A program made the position numbers and the translations under genes. A model generated the notes under the pieces. That model was not told the DNA's origin and searched no databases. It saw only the letters and a program-made list of their open reading frames with translations. Positions 63,422 through 64,000 of a stretch of DNA of 64,000 nt are shown here, piece after piece (within the stretch, counting starts at the first letter, position 1; the number at the start of each line of letters is the position of its first letter). This DNA is from Pyrinomonadaceae bacterium (GTDB lineage: Bacteria > Acidobacteriota > Blastocatellia > Pyrinomonadales > Pyrinomonadaceae): contig JBJXHF010000057.1 in the NCBI GenBank assembly GCA_046160805.1, positions 43,432-107,431 of the forward strand, in the 5' to 3' direction.

Positions 63422-64000
63422 TCAAACCACGAAATAAATCCTTGCAAAATAATACAGTAGCGGCGCGCCGAAAAGCAAACTATCTAGGCGGTCGAGAAAG
63501 CCGCCGTGGCCGGGCAGAATGCTTGCCGCGTCCTTCATTTTTGAGCCGCGTTTCATTGAGCTCTCGGCCAGGTCGCCGAGCACGCCGACAGCCGCCAATA
63601 TGATTGCGAGCGGTATCGAAAATTGAAGCGGCAATTCAGGAAAGAAAGTTAATGTAGCAATGGCTGCGAATGCGGATGCAAAAACAAGCCCTCCGATGAG
63701 ACCTTCAACGGTTTTGCCGGGCGAGATCACGGAAGCTAGCTTGTGTTTGCCAAATGCCCGGCCAAACAAATAAGCGCCGATGTCCGAAGCAAATGTTACG
63801 CAGAAGAAATAACCGAGCAATTTCGTTGACAGGCCGGGCTGATTTTCAAAACCTACTCTCATCGCAACCAAAAATCCGCCGAGAAATGCGACATAAATAA
63901 TTCCGAGCATCGTCACCCCGATGCCGGTCAGCATCTTGGAAAAATCTTTCTGGAAACGAAATGTCTGCGAGATTAAAACAACTATAACAGTCAATGCGAG
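63422..64000 (-). CDS. cdsA: phosphatidate cytidylyltransferase, 5' end probably beyond the window
   Basis: Polytopic membrane protein with C-terminal SSMKRGSKMKDASILPGHGGFLDRLDSLLF, the CdsA signature. The ORF is open to the window end. Confidence 0.88.
   Translation of the reverse strand, partial: LALTVIVVLISQTFRFQKDFSKMLTGIGVTMLGIIYVAFLGGFLVAMRVGFENQPGLSTKLLGYFFCVTFASDIGAYLFGRAFGKHKLASVISPGKTVEGLIGGLVFASAFAAIATLTFFPELPLQFSIPLAIILAAVGVLGDLAESSMKRGSKMKDAASILPGHGGFLDRLDSLLFGAPLLYYFARIYFVV

Overview
This is a 64-kb chromosomal segment from a diderm bacterium. By eye it is about 50-55% GC, and the phylum cannot be established from sequence alone. I recognised no rRNA, tRNA, CRISPR array, integrase or transposase.

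Most of the window is housekeeping genes:
- Cofactor, nucleotide and tRNA-charging genes: ribF, nrdAB, serS, galU, a ribBA-like gene, selA, serC and aspS.
- Envelope and lipid genes: tamB-bamA and cdsA (cut by the window end).
- A fused 2-oxoacid dehydrogenase E1 alpha/beta gene.
- An oxidative-stress cluster, perR-ahpC-katG.
- cstA.

Two low-GC accessory islets interrupt this core:
- About 14.9-19.0 kb holds an HTH protein, two small secreted proteins and a Fic enzyme with a striking operator.
- About 28.8-33.9 kb holds an iteron-rich non-coding stretch, a frameshifted XRE-like gene, a vsr-dcm-putative restriction endonuclease module and a frameshifted DUF3644 gene.

Several small toxin-antitoxin-like pairs are scattered through the window: mazEF next to mazG, DUF4160/DUF2442, and DUF4258 with a YgiT-like partner.

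The most unusual property is the density of hairpin-forming intergenic repeats. There are at least six families and more than 20 copies. Some supply ribosome-binding sites, stop codons or C-terminal tails to neighbouring genes.

The signals I rate highest are:
- One repeat family whose two arms exactly bracket a GxxExxY gene at 62808-63320. This suggests a REP/RAYT-like relationship between the repeat and a nuclease-like cargo gene.
- Two arrays of short direct repeats, 5 x TATGACC at 21-bp phasing and 5+1 x a 19-bp unit.
- A pair of diverged paralogous AbrB-like small genes.

Gene products are called from recognisable motifs in the supplied translations. No database search was run.
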